Of a stretch of 64,000 bases of DNA, positions 1-8,712 are shown piece by piece. A program made the position numbers and the translations under genes. The stretch spans positions 1 through 64,000 of IMG/VR virus record IMGVR_UViG_3300031867_000027. The stretch is one strand, 5' to 3'. The notes beneath the pieces were generated by a model. The model made no database searches. It was not told the DNA's origin and saw only the letters and a program-made list of their open reading frames with translations. The stretch comes from a virus. Taxonomy: Duplodnaviria > Caudoviricetes. Each line of letters begins with the position of its first letter. The stretch's first letter is position 1.

Positions 1-24
1 TCCTAAAAGTTTTATACTGTGTCT

Positions 25-65
25 AAGATCCTGAGCCCTACCGCTCAGGGTCTTTATTTTTTTTT
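25..65 (+). terminator. Rho-independent terminator
   Basis: Inverted repeat aagatcctgagc/gctcagggtctt followed by a long T-run. Confidence 0.75.
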
Positions 66-72
66 GATTTGT

Positions 73-90
73 CAATCGTTATAGTATATA
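73..90 (+). promoter_or_regulatory. Phage class-A promoter motif CAATCGTTAT-NN-TATAT (first of ~19 intergenic copies)
   Basis: Same motif upstream of genes at 3764, 12579, 16081, 19415, 20483, 23300, 26700, 28900, 37520, 41446, 45574, 52379, 52433, 58541, 63762 (+) and 48636, 49650 (-). Confidence 0.8.
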
Positions 91-129
91 GAGAAATCTA
101 TTTCTCAAATATTGTATGGAGGGTTCAAT

Positions 130-324
130 ATGGTACGGTACGAAAATGACTGTGTAGACTGCGGTTTACCTTGTTTGGGATCAGCTTGTCCTAATCAGAA
201 TGTAAAGCACTTGTACTGCGATAACTGTAAATCTGAGGTAGAAGAACTATATGAGTATGATGATTCAGAACTCTGTGAGGAATGTCTGCTCAATATGTTC
301 TTTAAGATCACTTGTGATGACTGA
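130..324 (+). CDS. Small Cys-rich (zinc-finger-like) phage protein
   Basis: CxxC pairs (CVDC, CDNC, CEEC); GGAGGG RBS before ATG 130. Confidence 0.7.
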   Translation: MVRYENDCVDCGLPCLGSACPNQNVKHLYCDNCKSEVEELYEYDDSELCEECLLNMFFKITCDD

Positions 325-333
325 GGTGACAGT

Positions 334-558
334 ATGCGCTTTGAAGTGATAAACAGCATAGGTAATACAGTCTTTTGGACAGAGCACTATAGTTGTATAC
401 CTTCCACGGAACATCTTACGCTTATGGCTAAAAATCAGTATAAATTCAGACTTGATGGTAAGAGTATATCTGCAAGTAGAATCTCTGAATTAACAGAATT
501 AACCCCAAGGTCAGATGTTCCTAAAGCAATCAAATCAACCACAAAGAAACTATTTTAA
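334..558 (+). CDS. Hypothetical protein ending in KKLF
   Basis: GAGGTG RBS; C-terminal KSTTKKLF shared with methyltransferases. Confidence 0.7.
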   Translation: MRFEVINSIGNTVFWTEHYSCIPSTEHLTLMAKNQYKFRLDGKSISASRISELTELTPRSDVPKAIKSTTKKLF

Positions 559-568
559 GGAGACAAGT

Positions 569-805
569 ATGAATAAGGAATTGTATTTAACAGTAACAAC
601 TTTTAGCGCAGCAGAATTTGAGGATGTATGCGCACTTGTAAAGGATTGGACATATATGCCGATAATGAAGTTTGAGTATCACAAATCTGATACTATAAGG
701 CAGATTGTTGCTATAAGCACTGATTTTGTCGAGATTACGAATATGTATAATCTGCTGATGCTTAAAGCTGATGCCGAGCTCTGCCTGCGGAATTATAAGG
801 TATGA
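569..805 (+). CDS. Hypothetical protein
   Basis: AAGGAG RBS before ATG 569; tightly packed operon. Confidence 0.65.
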   Translation: MNKELYLTVTTFSAAEFEDVCALVKDWTYMPIMKFEYHKSDTIRQIVAISTDFVEITNMYNLLMLKADAELCLRNYKV

Positions 806-1100
806 GGTGATATGTGTGGGAAATGATATAAACAAATTGAAAACTATACTGCTCTTCTCTCAGTATGCAGTACGTGACATCAATCAAGAGTTCAAAGATA
901 TAGGTACTTCAATACGATTAACATACCCTACGGAAACCAATGCTATAACTATAACCTTGAATAACAGCATCTGTGTCAGCCATAGTTTTATAGAGCTTGA
1001 TGATCACGGTAAAACTATAGTTGATAAGGCTTTCCGGAATTATGGATTAATACCGATATTCTATAAAGGATCAATAGGAGTTGAAGTGGACAATGATTAA
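771..1100 (+). CDS. Hypothetical protein (true start probably near 816)
   Basis: ORF fills the operon gap; GAGGTG RBS near 804. Confidence 0.55.
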   Translation: MPSSACGIIRYEVICVGNDINKLKTILLFSQYAVRDINQEFKDIGTSIRLTYPTETNAITITLNNSICVSHSFIELDDHGKTIVDKAFRNYGLIPIFYKGSIGVEVDND

Positions 1101-1416
1101 ATCAAAGAGTACAACGAAGTGTTCTGAATATGCAGATATTCATTCAGAGATACAAGAGATTCTATGCAATGTGAAGCTGGCCGCTGAGGGTGTCACTGAG
1201 CAGAACAATAACCTTTTTATGACCGGGTATCAGGTTGGGTATAATGATGCATATGAACTGCTTATGGAGCAGAGTTATCTTCTTATTCAAATGATATCTA
1301 TAGTAAAACGTGTGGAGTCTACATTAGGCTGTCATCTGATAGATGATGAACTTGCAGCAAGCATAACTAAGATTCTGGGAGATTATGACTATGGAGAAAC
1401 AGATTATAACGTATAA
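1093..1416 (+). CDS. Hypothetical protein
   Basis: ORF in packed operon. Confidence 0.6.
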   Translation: MIKSKSTTKCSEYADIHSEIQEILCNVKLAAEGVTEQNNNLFMTGYQVGYNDAYELLMEQSYLLIQMISIVKRVESTLGCHLIDDELAASITKILGDYDYGETDYNV

Positions 1417-1666
1417 ATTCGCTAAGAGATTAAGAATTCTTATGGCTATGAATGATCACGATAATTCAGCAGTCGCTAAGTTACTGAACTGCAATACTGC
1501 AAGAGTAACAAATCTCCGGTGTGCAGCAACGTGTCCAAAGGATAGTGAGCTCAAAAGACTCTGTGAGTTCTATGAAGTACCTATTGAGTTTTTGTACGGA
1601 GATAAGCCGTTTACAATAACACAGGAAGTAAACAACGGTTCCTCTGTATCGTGGGATTGTGACTAA
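1385..1666 (+). CDS. XRE-family helix-turn-helix protein
   Basis: FAKRLRILM...VAKLL...LKRLCEFYEVPIEFLYG pattern. Confidence 0.75.
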   Translation: MTMEKQIITYKFAKRLRILMAMNDHDNSAVAKLLNCNTARVTNLRCAATCPKDSELKRLCEFYEVPIEFLYGDKPFTITQEVNNGSSVSWDCD

Positions 1667-1682
1667 TAGAAAGGGAGAAGCT

Positions 1683-3542
1683 ATGTTTTACGCTATTCAA
1701 GATGGTGATGTATACAACCTCAAATTCAAGTATGATCCGGATTTAATAGCAATGATAAAGAACGTACCGGGTAGGAAGTATATACCGGATGGTAAGTATT
1801 GGACCATACCCAGTTCACATTTGGGTTTCTTAATGAATGAAGTCAAAGGTACACCGTATGAACAAGCTTTACAAATTCAGTCTGATGAGATGATAAATCA
1901 GAATGCTACCCTTGATTCTACATCTGAAATCCCCGATATAGACATTTCCGACATTGATATTTACGTCAAGAATGGATTTAAGCTTTACAATCACCAGCTT
2001 GCATTCTTAAAGTACGCAAAGGCTAAAGAACGTAAAGGCTTTATATTAGCGGATGACCCCGGCTGTGGAAAGACTCTTGAAGTGATTAACTATGCTCTAT
2101 ACCAACGCAAGAAGTATGGGTATAAACATTGTCTCATCATAGCTTGTGTTAATGTAGCTAAGTATTCTTGGCAGGATGATATAGCAAAGCATACCAACGG
2201 TCAGGAAGAGGGCTATATCCTCGGTACAAGGTTGGTTACAAGAGGGAAGCGTAAGGGTCAGATTAAGTACAATGTTAAGGGTTCAGATAAAGTTGACGAT
2301 ATAAGAAACGGGCATATGTACGGTGATGAATCTGCTCCGGAGCTGCCATTCTTCCTCATCGTCAACATAGAATCTTTGCGCATAAAATCCGGTAAGAAAT
2401 ATCTGCTTGAAGAAGCGATTATAGATATGATTAATGCGGGATCATTGCCTATGATTGTAATAGATGAATGTCATAAGAATATGAGTCCACAGGCTACACA
2501 GGGTAAGCTCATACTTGATATAAAAAGACGTACCGATAAAGCTGTCCAGTGGATTCCAATGACAGGTACACCCATCAGAAATAAGCCTATTGATGTATTT
2601 ACTCCGTTGAAGTTAGTGGATGGTCACAGCATACGCAGTTTCTATGAGTGGTCTCATCAGTTCTGCATCTATGGTGGATTCGGTGGTTATGAGATATTGG
2701 CATATAAGAACATACCAATACTTAAAGAAATGTTGCACGGAAATATGATACGCAGAAAGAAGTCAGAAGTATTGGATCTGCCACCTATAGTATACATAAC
2801 TGAGTATGTCGAGAATACACCATATCAGAATATGCTATATGAAGCGATAGCAGAAGAGCTATATGAGAATCGAGATGAAATTCTTAATTCAGCAAATCCA
2901 CTGTCACGTATGCTCCGGCTCAGACAGGTAAACGGTAGTCCGGAACTGATTGATAATGATGTGATAACACCGAGAATCAAGGAACTTATAGCTAAGGTAG
3001 ATGATGCTTACCTTGTACAATATAATGCCAAGGTTGCAAGGTTGATGGAGCTTGTAGATGATATTGTTGAGCGTGGGGAAAAGGTTATTGTATTCTCCAA
3101 TTGGGTAGAACCGCTCAGAACGATATATAAATTCGTATCAAAACGTCATAAGACTTGCTGTTATACAGGTACGATGTCTGAATCTGATAGAGAAAAGCAC
3201 AAGAGAGTTTTTCAGAATAACCCAGAGTATAAAGTGATACTCGGTACAATTGGTGCTCTTGGTGTGTCTGCTACACTTACAGCTGCTACAAATGTTATCT
3301 TCTTTGATGACTGCTGGACACCTGATGATAAGAAGCAGGCCTATGATCGTTGCTATCGTGTGGGTACAACACAGTCTGTATTTGTATACACCTTGATTTC
3401 CAAGGGTACTATAGATGAGTATGTCAATCAGATTCTTGAAAACAAGAAAGCTATATCGGATTTCATTGTGGATAATAAGCTTGACCTTAAAAAGAATCCG
3501 GAGTTATTCAACTTCTTGTTAGGTATGGGGAATCGGAAATGA
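1683..3542 (+). CDS. SNF2-family DEAD/H helicase with N-terminal HARP-like domain
   Basis: LADDPGCGKT Walker A, IDECH, MTGTP, QAYDRCYRVG motif VI. Confidence 0.92.
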   Translation: MFYAIQDGDVYNLKFKYDPDLIAMIKNVPGRKYIPDGKYWTIPSSHLGFLMNEVKGTPYEQALQIQSDEMINQNATLDSTSEIPDIDISDIDIYVKNGFKLYNHQLAFLKYAKAKERKGFILADDPGCGKTLEVINYALYQRKKYGYKHCLIIACVNVAKYSWQDDIAKHTNGQEEGYILGTRLVTRGKRKGQIKYNVKGSDKVDDIRNGHMYGDESAPELPFFLIVNIESLRIKSGKKYLLEEAIIDMINAGSLPMIVIDECHKNMSPQATQGKLILDIKRRTDKAVQWIPMTGTPIRNKPIDVFTPLKLVDGHSIRSFYEWSHQFCIYGGFGGYEILAYKNIPILKEMLHGNMIRRKKSEVLDLPPIVYITEYVENTPYQNMLYEAIAEELYENRDEILNSANPLSRMLRLRQVNGSPELIDNDVITPRIKELIAKVDDAYLVQYNAKVARLMELVDDIVERGEKVIVFSNWVEPLRTIYKFVSKRHKTCCYTGTMSESDREKHKRVFQNNPEYKVILGTIGALGVSATLTAATNVIFFDDCWTPDDKKQAYDRCYRVGTTQSVFVYTLISKGTIDEYVNQILENKKAISDFIVDNKLDLKKNPELFNFLLGMGNRK

Positions 3543-3714
3543 GAATGACATTTGTGCATTTTGCCCTTTGAGTATAGATTTGCCCTATAGTCAAATACAA
3601 CCTCAAAAGTAATATTGCACAAAAACAACCAGTGGCTTGCACTGATATAGTTATATTATTAAAATATATCTAATTGCTCTTTTGCAGTATATTGGAGTTG
3701 ATTGATATATATAT

Positions 3715-3752
3715 AAACCTACGAGGTATAAACCTTGTAGGTTTTTTCTTTT
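3715..3752 (+). terminator. Rho-independent terminator
   Basis: aaacctacgaggt/accttgtaggttt plus T-run. Confidence 0.7.
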
Positions 3753-3809
3753 ATCTATAGAAACAATCGTTATTATATATAGGATATGATAATGTGGTCA
3801 TAGCCGGAT

Positions 3810-3820
3810 AACCTTATATA
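3810..3820 (+). promoter_or_regulatory. Phage class-B (putative late) promoter motif AACCTTATATA
   Basis: Recurs at 11313, 14577, 16678, 17280, 26149, 41637, 46107, 61226 (+) and 48675 (-), upstream of genes. Confidence 0.75.
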
Positions 3821-3857
3821 TCAGAGATTAATATACCCTGATAGTGAGGTGTCAATT

Positions 3858-4073
3858 ATGAAACGATATATTAAGGCAACATCAGAGATGAGTGAAGCAC
3901 TCGATACCGCTCTTGATGAGCTCAGTTCAGACTTTGAATATATCATAGATGGTCTGAAGAAACTCAGTAGAACAAGCACAGATAAGGACAAGGAAGCTTT
4001 GTCTATCGCATTGAATCTGAGTTCAGCACTTGCATCTACGATTGATGATATATCAAATTCAATTACAGAATAA
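3858..4073 (+). CDS. Small MKRYI-leader protein (putative virion cargo)
   Basis: Starts MKRYIKATS; GAGGTG RBS; follows class-B promoter. Confidence 0.7.
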   Translation: MKRYIKATSEMSEALDTALDELSSDFEYIIDGLKKLSRTSTDKDKEALSIALNLSSALASTIDDISNSITE

Positions 4074-4088
4074 GGAGTGATTATAACT

Positions 4089-7000
4089 ATGGCTATTAAG
4101 AAGTATAGTGTTAAGGCATCTGCGGAAGCTAAAGCAGTAGTAGCTTCAAAGGGCGAGTACATCAGCGCAGCGCAGTTCTCTGATACGCTCAAGTCCGCTA
4201 AGAAGAAGTTCAATGAGAAGTTCAAGAAGGGACCGTATGCTTGTGCAGAAGTACAGGGTATGGGTTATATCTACTACAATGACGGTAGTAAGATTTATGT
4301 ACCTAATGTCCTCAGATCATATGATGATGCTCTCGCTCAGGTTAAGAAACTTAATACTGGTGCGGCCGGTAAAGTGGCTGCAAGCAAGTCCTTTAAGAAA
4401 ACAGTAAAGGCTTCATCTTCTGCAAAGCGTAGAATTGGTAAGGAGTCTGTAAAGGCTTCTGAGCTTTTGGGTGGAATAGATAAACTCCCAGAGCGCGGCA
4501 AGGTTATCACTAAGACCATAAATGGTGATCCTACAGTTATTGTGGGTATCGATGATAATAAGTATATGTATAAATCGTATCTTAATAAAGCAAGTGCATC
4601 CGGTGATGTGCAGTTTATCAGAAACCTCATTAAGAAAGGTGAAGTTCCTGCTAATGCTGTCAAGAACTTGGGTTATAAGCTCTATACGGCTTCTGATGAT
4701 GTAGAATCAGCCTGCGGTAAGAAGTCTGTAAAGGCCGGAAGATATTCTGATGCTGTTCCTTATGAGAATAGAAAGTATTGGTACTTTACAACTCACGGTA
4801 TCGGTCCCGGTACGCTTCCGAAGGATGTAAATATTCTTGACACTCAGGAAGGTCAGAACCGGAAGGGTACGTGGGGAGACTATCTCTTACTCGATGCGGT
4901 GCTCAATACTGATGAGCTGAGAGAGTATGACCTTATTGAGCTTGCACCGCTTGATGAAGAGCCTACAATTAAGCCGTATAAGAACAAGAATACAATCTCT
5001 GTATTTGATTCTTGCGGTAAGAAGTCTGTAAAATCCTCAAAGTCAGTAAAGAGTTTCGGTGTAAAGGCATCTAAGTCTGTAAATGCTGCAAGAAATTCAA
5101 AGACTGTGGTTGAGCTTGTTCTTCAAGGAAACTATGGCTATGGCTGGGATGACCTTGTATCCTATGACAACACGCCTGAAGGTCGTAAGGAAATGAAGGA
5201 TGACCTTAGAACCTATCAGCAGGAAGAGAGAGGACGTGCAACATTCCGTACCATTGAGCGCAGAGTAGCGAATCCGGATTACAAAGCTCCGGCTGACAGA
5301 TTCAGAGTAACACCATACAAGCTTGGGTTTAAGTATAAAGATGGTGATACCGTGAAGTTCGCAGATATGGAGGAAGCTATCGAGTATGCTGTGTCTCAGG
5401 ATAAAGATGTTGTTCTGAAAGATGTTGTTACCGGATATAAGACTCAGATATCAAATGATACAAGCTTTGGACTGAGTGGACAGGATCGAGATAACTTCAA
5501 TGAGCGTAACATTCGTAATTTCAGACAAGTTGTAGGGGAATCCGAAACGGTTGAATCCTCTGTGTCGGCAAAGAAGCAGTTCGGTGTAAAGGCATCTAAG
5601 TCTGCTAAGAAGAGAGTATCCGCTGCAAAGGGATATTGGGCTGATGACCTCAACGCAGAAAATAACCGTAAGATATTGCAGACACTTAGAGATGCTATAG
5701 CAGATAAATATGATTCTTGTGAGATCGGTGCGATTTGTATAGTTGTGTATGATGTTCAATCAGGTGTTAGAGTAGGCAACTATTCTTTTGAAGTTGAATT
5801 TGTCAATGTAGATACTACGGATGATATATCTTTATATGTAGCATCTTCTCCTGAATCAAGAGGTAAGCTTGTATGCGTGCTAACAGAGTATGGACTCTCT
5901 GAACCGTATGGTAAGGATATTTCAGCACAAGATACATTTACAATCCCAATGTCCGGCTCAAAGAATGCGCTTTCTCAGAAGATTGAGGAAATCGCTGAGG
6001 AACTATCTACCGGAAGCGTAGAGGGTGCGTGTGGCAAAAAGCGTACAGTAAAGGCTTCAGCTGCCGCTAAGAAGCGTAAGGCTATAAAGGCATCCGGAAT
6101 ACAGGATGACATAGTGATGTACTTCAACGGAGATAATGTATATCAGGGAAGTGTCTATGACCTTGCAGATGCGGTAGAAAATCTCTGTTATGATGATGAA
6201 GTAAACGCTAAGTTCCAAGAGTGGTGTAATCAGTTCGGTGATCCTTTTGATTTTGATGGCTCTCCGATTGATACCGCAAGAGTGTTTACCGATATTATCA
6301 TCCAAGAAGCAGAGGAAGCACCGGAGACAGAGAACGGTGGTTCTCAGTTCTATGAAGATGGCAACGGTATTCTTGACTTTGAGATATTCTATGCTAATGA
6401 GGGTATTTATAGTGCTAAGTCTATAAAGTGTTGGGATAATGGCAATGATGTTTGGGAGTATCAGGAATCATATGATTATTATTATGATGAAGAACCACCT
6501 GCACATATCGCTAAGGAACTTGAACGCTTGGCTAAACTTACAGATAAGTATACAGACCGTTGGTTTGAGAAGTTTGAAGAGCTCCATCCGGGTGAACGCT
6601 ATACTTCCGTAGATCCCCATCCTGATGTAGATGAAGCCGTAGGTTATACTCTTGATGATGCAGAGTATAGACCTGATGGGATAAAAGCATCAACAGACAT
6701 CAAAGCAGATACGTGGGAATCATCGGAGGAAAACATAAATGATATGCTGAATGATTCTTATGAGTATGATGGCTTTGATGATAGCGATATGTTGGAGTAT
6801 GTAGATAGTTTCCTTCAAGATGCAAGCAGCGGTGCGTGGCTGAGTACAGATCACGTAGTATACAATGGTCCTGATGATTGGGAAGTATCTGCTGGTCTGA
6901 GTCCGGAAGCTGTTGAATCAGATTTTTGGTTCTTCCTTGATGATGTAGACCACGAATTGTATGAGGAGATGCTTGAAGCGGAAATAGCAAATCCGTTGGA

Positions 7001-8630
7001 TGAAGATCCGATAAACTACACATACAATCAGAATGCAATCAATGGAAATGAATTCTATATCCAGCTTTATCCTAATAACAATCAGATATATGCACCACAG
7101 ATTGACTTTGATGAGGAATATCTGACACCTGAATGGTTGGAAAGACTTACTGAGATTCGTAAGGCATATGAAGATAGCCGTATAGCTGCTTATACTGAGT
7201 TTCAAAATAGTCTTGGATCATTTCTCGCTAATGGTATAACAGCTTCCACCGAAGTAAATGCTGAACTTCAACTCAGCAGAAACAAGTGGGATCGTAAGAA
7301 GTACAATTGGTCTGACTACAAGAACTCTATTACCGATATAGACGGATATGTAAAGGATCTTGCTGACGGAGTAGTAGAACGCTTCTCTAATCTCACATAT
7401 GATATATCTGATGAAGCAATCACATTTACAGATGAAACTGGTGCAGTAGTATATATTCAACCTATAGATGAAATCGTTCCTGAGAAAGACGATTTAGATA
7501 ATGACATTACAGAGCTGGGAGATGCAATTCAGCACGCTAACGAAGAAGCGGATTGGTTCTCACAGGAGCAGGTTTGGGACGATTGGGACGATGATCCTGA
7601 TTACGCTACAAGAGCAGTAGAACTCAGCCGGGATATAAACTGCGCTGAAGAAACAGTTGACATTGATGACCTTGAATATATTACAGGTGACACTTCCGCA
7701 GAGGATCGCATATTTGATGTTATCATTGATAAGCTTAGAGCATCAGAACTTTCTGAGTTTGGTGAAGTAGATATACTCGGTGGTGATGCTGACATTAAGA
7801 TTTATCCTGATGGTGCGGATATTGACTATATCATAGCATTTATCGCAGATCCAATTGCTATTGGACTTGAAGATAGATTTATGAAGTATGTAAAGCACCC
7901 TAACTATAATGACCTCAACTCTACTCAGCAAATCAATGGTCTTACCACTGAGATAATCGTGCATAATGGTGTTATACGTGCAGTAAACTATGTAGATCTT
8001 GATGACTATGACCTCAGCAACTATGACATACCTGCCTATGAGAAATATGTTGAACAGCTTGCAAGGCCAGTAGTAGAGGAAATCTATAACTTTATAGATC
8101 AAGCGGTATATGACGGAAACATCACAAGCTCAACTAATATTACAGCTAATGCGGATGATATGTCTGATGATTGGGGCTACGGCTTTGATAGCAACGGTGA
8201 TCCAGTAGATGAATCTACAGTAGAGGAACTTGAAAGAATCGCGCAGGAGATTCTTGATAAGTCAGAGATTCACAGTATTGATGAATATGCTGACCTTCAC
8301 AACTTCAACTACTACGCAAGCATCCCCTATATTCAGGAAAGTTTTAATATAGCATTTACCTATGTAGCTGATATATATGAACTTTCAGAGCGTGGTCTGC
8401 TTACTGAGGATGGAATCTTTACTACTGTTGCACCGTATAATATTCGTTTCAATGTACGTTGCAAGAACGGTGAAGTTGAATATGCTGAGTGTACAGGTGT
8501 TGATGTGAAAGATAACTATGTCAAGGATGTTGAACTCAAAAACTTCAATCTTGATGCTCTTGTACAGTTTGCAACTGACCTTGTAAACCCGGTAGCTAAG
8601 GATATCTACTACGGAACAACCAATATATGA
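4089..8630 (+). CDS. Large multi-domain (polyvalent/polyprotein-like) protein with repeated basic KxVKAS linkers and a DarA_C-like module
   Basis: Long ORF; repeated CGKKSVKA / VKAS / ITAST linkers separate acidic domains; YWYFTTHGIGPGTLPKD...LNTDELREYDL resembles DarA C-terminal domain. Confidence 0.8.
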   Translation: MAIKKYSVKASAEAKAVVASKGEYISAAQFSDTLKSAKKKFNEKFKKGPYACAEVQGMGYIYYNDGSKIYVPNVLRSYDDALAQVKKLNTGAAGKVAASKSFKKTVKASSSAKRRIGKESVKASELLGGIDKLPERGKVITKTINGDPTVIVGIDDNKYMYKSYLNKASASGDVQFIRNLIKKGEVPANAVKNLGYKLYTASDDVESACGKKSVKAGRYSDAVPYENRKYWYFTTHGIGPGTLPKDVNILDTQEGQNRKGTWGDYLLLDAVLNTDELREYDLIELAPLDEEPTIKPYKNKNTISVFDSCGKKSVKSSKSVKSFGVKASKSVNAARNSKTVVELVLQGNYGYGWDDLVSYDNTPEGRKEMKDDLRTYQQEERGRATFRTIERRVANPDYKAPADRFRVTPYKLGFKYKDGDTVKFADMEEAIEYAVSQDKDVVLKDVVTGYKTQISNDTSFGLSGQDRDNFNERNIRNFRQVVGESETVESSVSAKKQFGVKASKSAKKRVSAAKGYWADDLNAENNRKILQTLRDAIADKYDSCEIGAICIVVYDVQSGVRVGNYSFEVEFVNVDTTDDISLYVASSPESRGKLVCVLTEYGLSEPYGKDISAQDTFTIPMSGSKNALSQKIEEIAEELSTGSVEGACGKKRTVKASAAAKKRKAIKASGIQDDIVMYFNGDNVYQGSVYDLADAVENLCYDDEVNAKFQEWCNQFGDPFDFDGSPIDTARVFTDIIIQEAEEAPETENGGSQFYEDGNGILDFEIFYANEGIYSAKSIKCWDNGNDVWEYQESYDYYYDEEPPAHIAKELERLAKLTDKYTDRWFEKFEELHPGERYTSVDPHPDVDEAVGYTLDDAEYRPDGIKASTDIKADTWESSEENINDMLNDSYEYDGFDDSDMLEYVDSFLQDASSGAWLSTDHVVYNGPDDWEVSAGLSPEAVESDFWFFLDDVDHELYEEMLEAEIANPLDEDPINYTYNQNAINGNEFYIQLYPNNNQIYAPQIDFDEEYLTPEWLERLTEIRKAYEDSRIAAYTEFQNSLGSFLANGITASTEVNAELQLSRNKWDRKKYNWSDYKNSITDIDGYVKDLADGVVERFSNLTYDISDEAITFTDETGAVVYIQPIDEIVPEKDDLDNDITELGDAIQHANEEADWFSQEQVWDDWDDDPDYATRAVELSRDINCAEETVDIDDLEYITGDTSAEDRIFDVIIDKLRASELSEFGEVDILGGDADIKIYPDGADIDYIIAFIADPIAIGLEDRFMKYVKHPNYNDLNSTQQINGLTTEIIVHNGVIRAVNYVDLDDYDLSNYDIPAYEKYVEQLARPVVEEIYNFIDQAVYDGNITSSTNITANADDMSDDWGYGFDSNGDPVDESTVEELERIAQEILDKSEIHSIDEYADLHNFNYYASIPYIQESFNIAFTYVADIYELSERGLLTEDGIFTTVAPYNIRFNVRCKNGEVEYAECTGVDVKDNYVKDVELKNFNLDALVQFATDLVNPVAKDIYYGTTNI

Positions 8631-8712
8631 TGTGAATACACTATCTCCTCAGCAGGGTACATCAGTATTCTGTTGAGGAGAAAGGTGAATATATAAATGA
8701 GATGATTATATT

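Noticed and set aside
3551-3623. Long imperfect hairpin after the SNF2 gene as an ncRNA
   Set aside because: AT-rich single stem without further support; may simply be a terminator or processing structure.
4089-8630. Diversity-generating retroelement behind the repeats
   Set aside because: Repeats are ~25 nt and identical, not ~100 nt with adenine-specific mismatches; no reverse transcriptase in the window.
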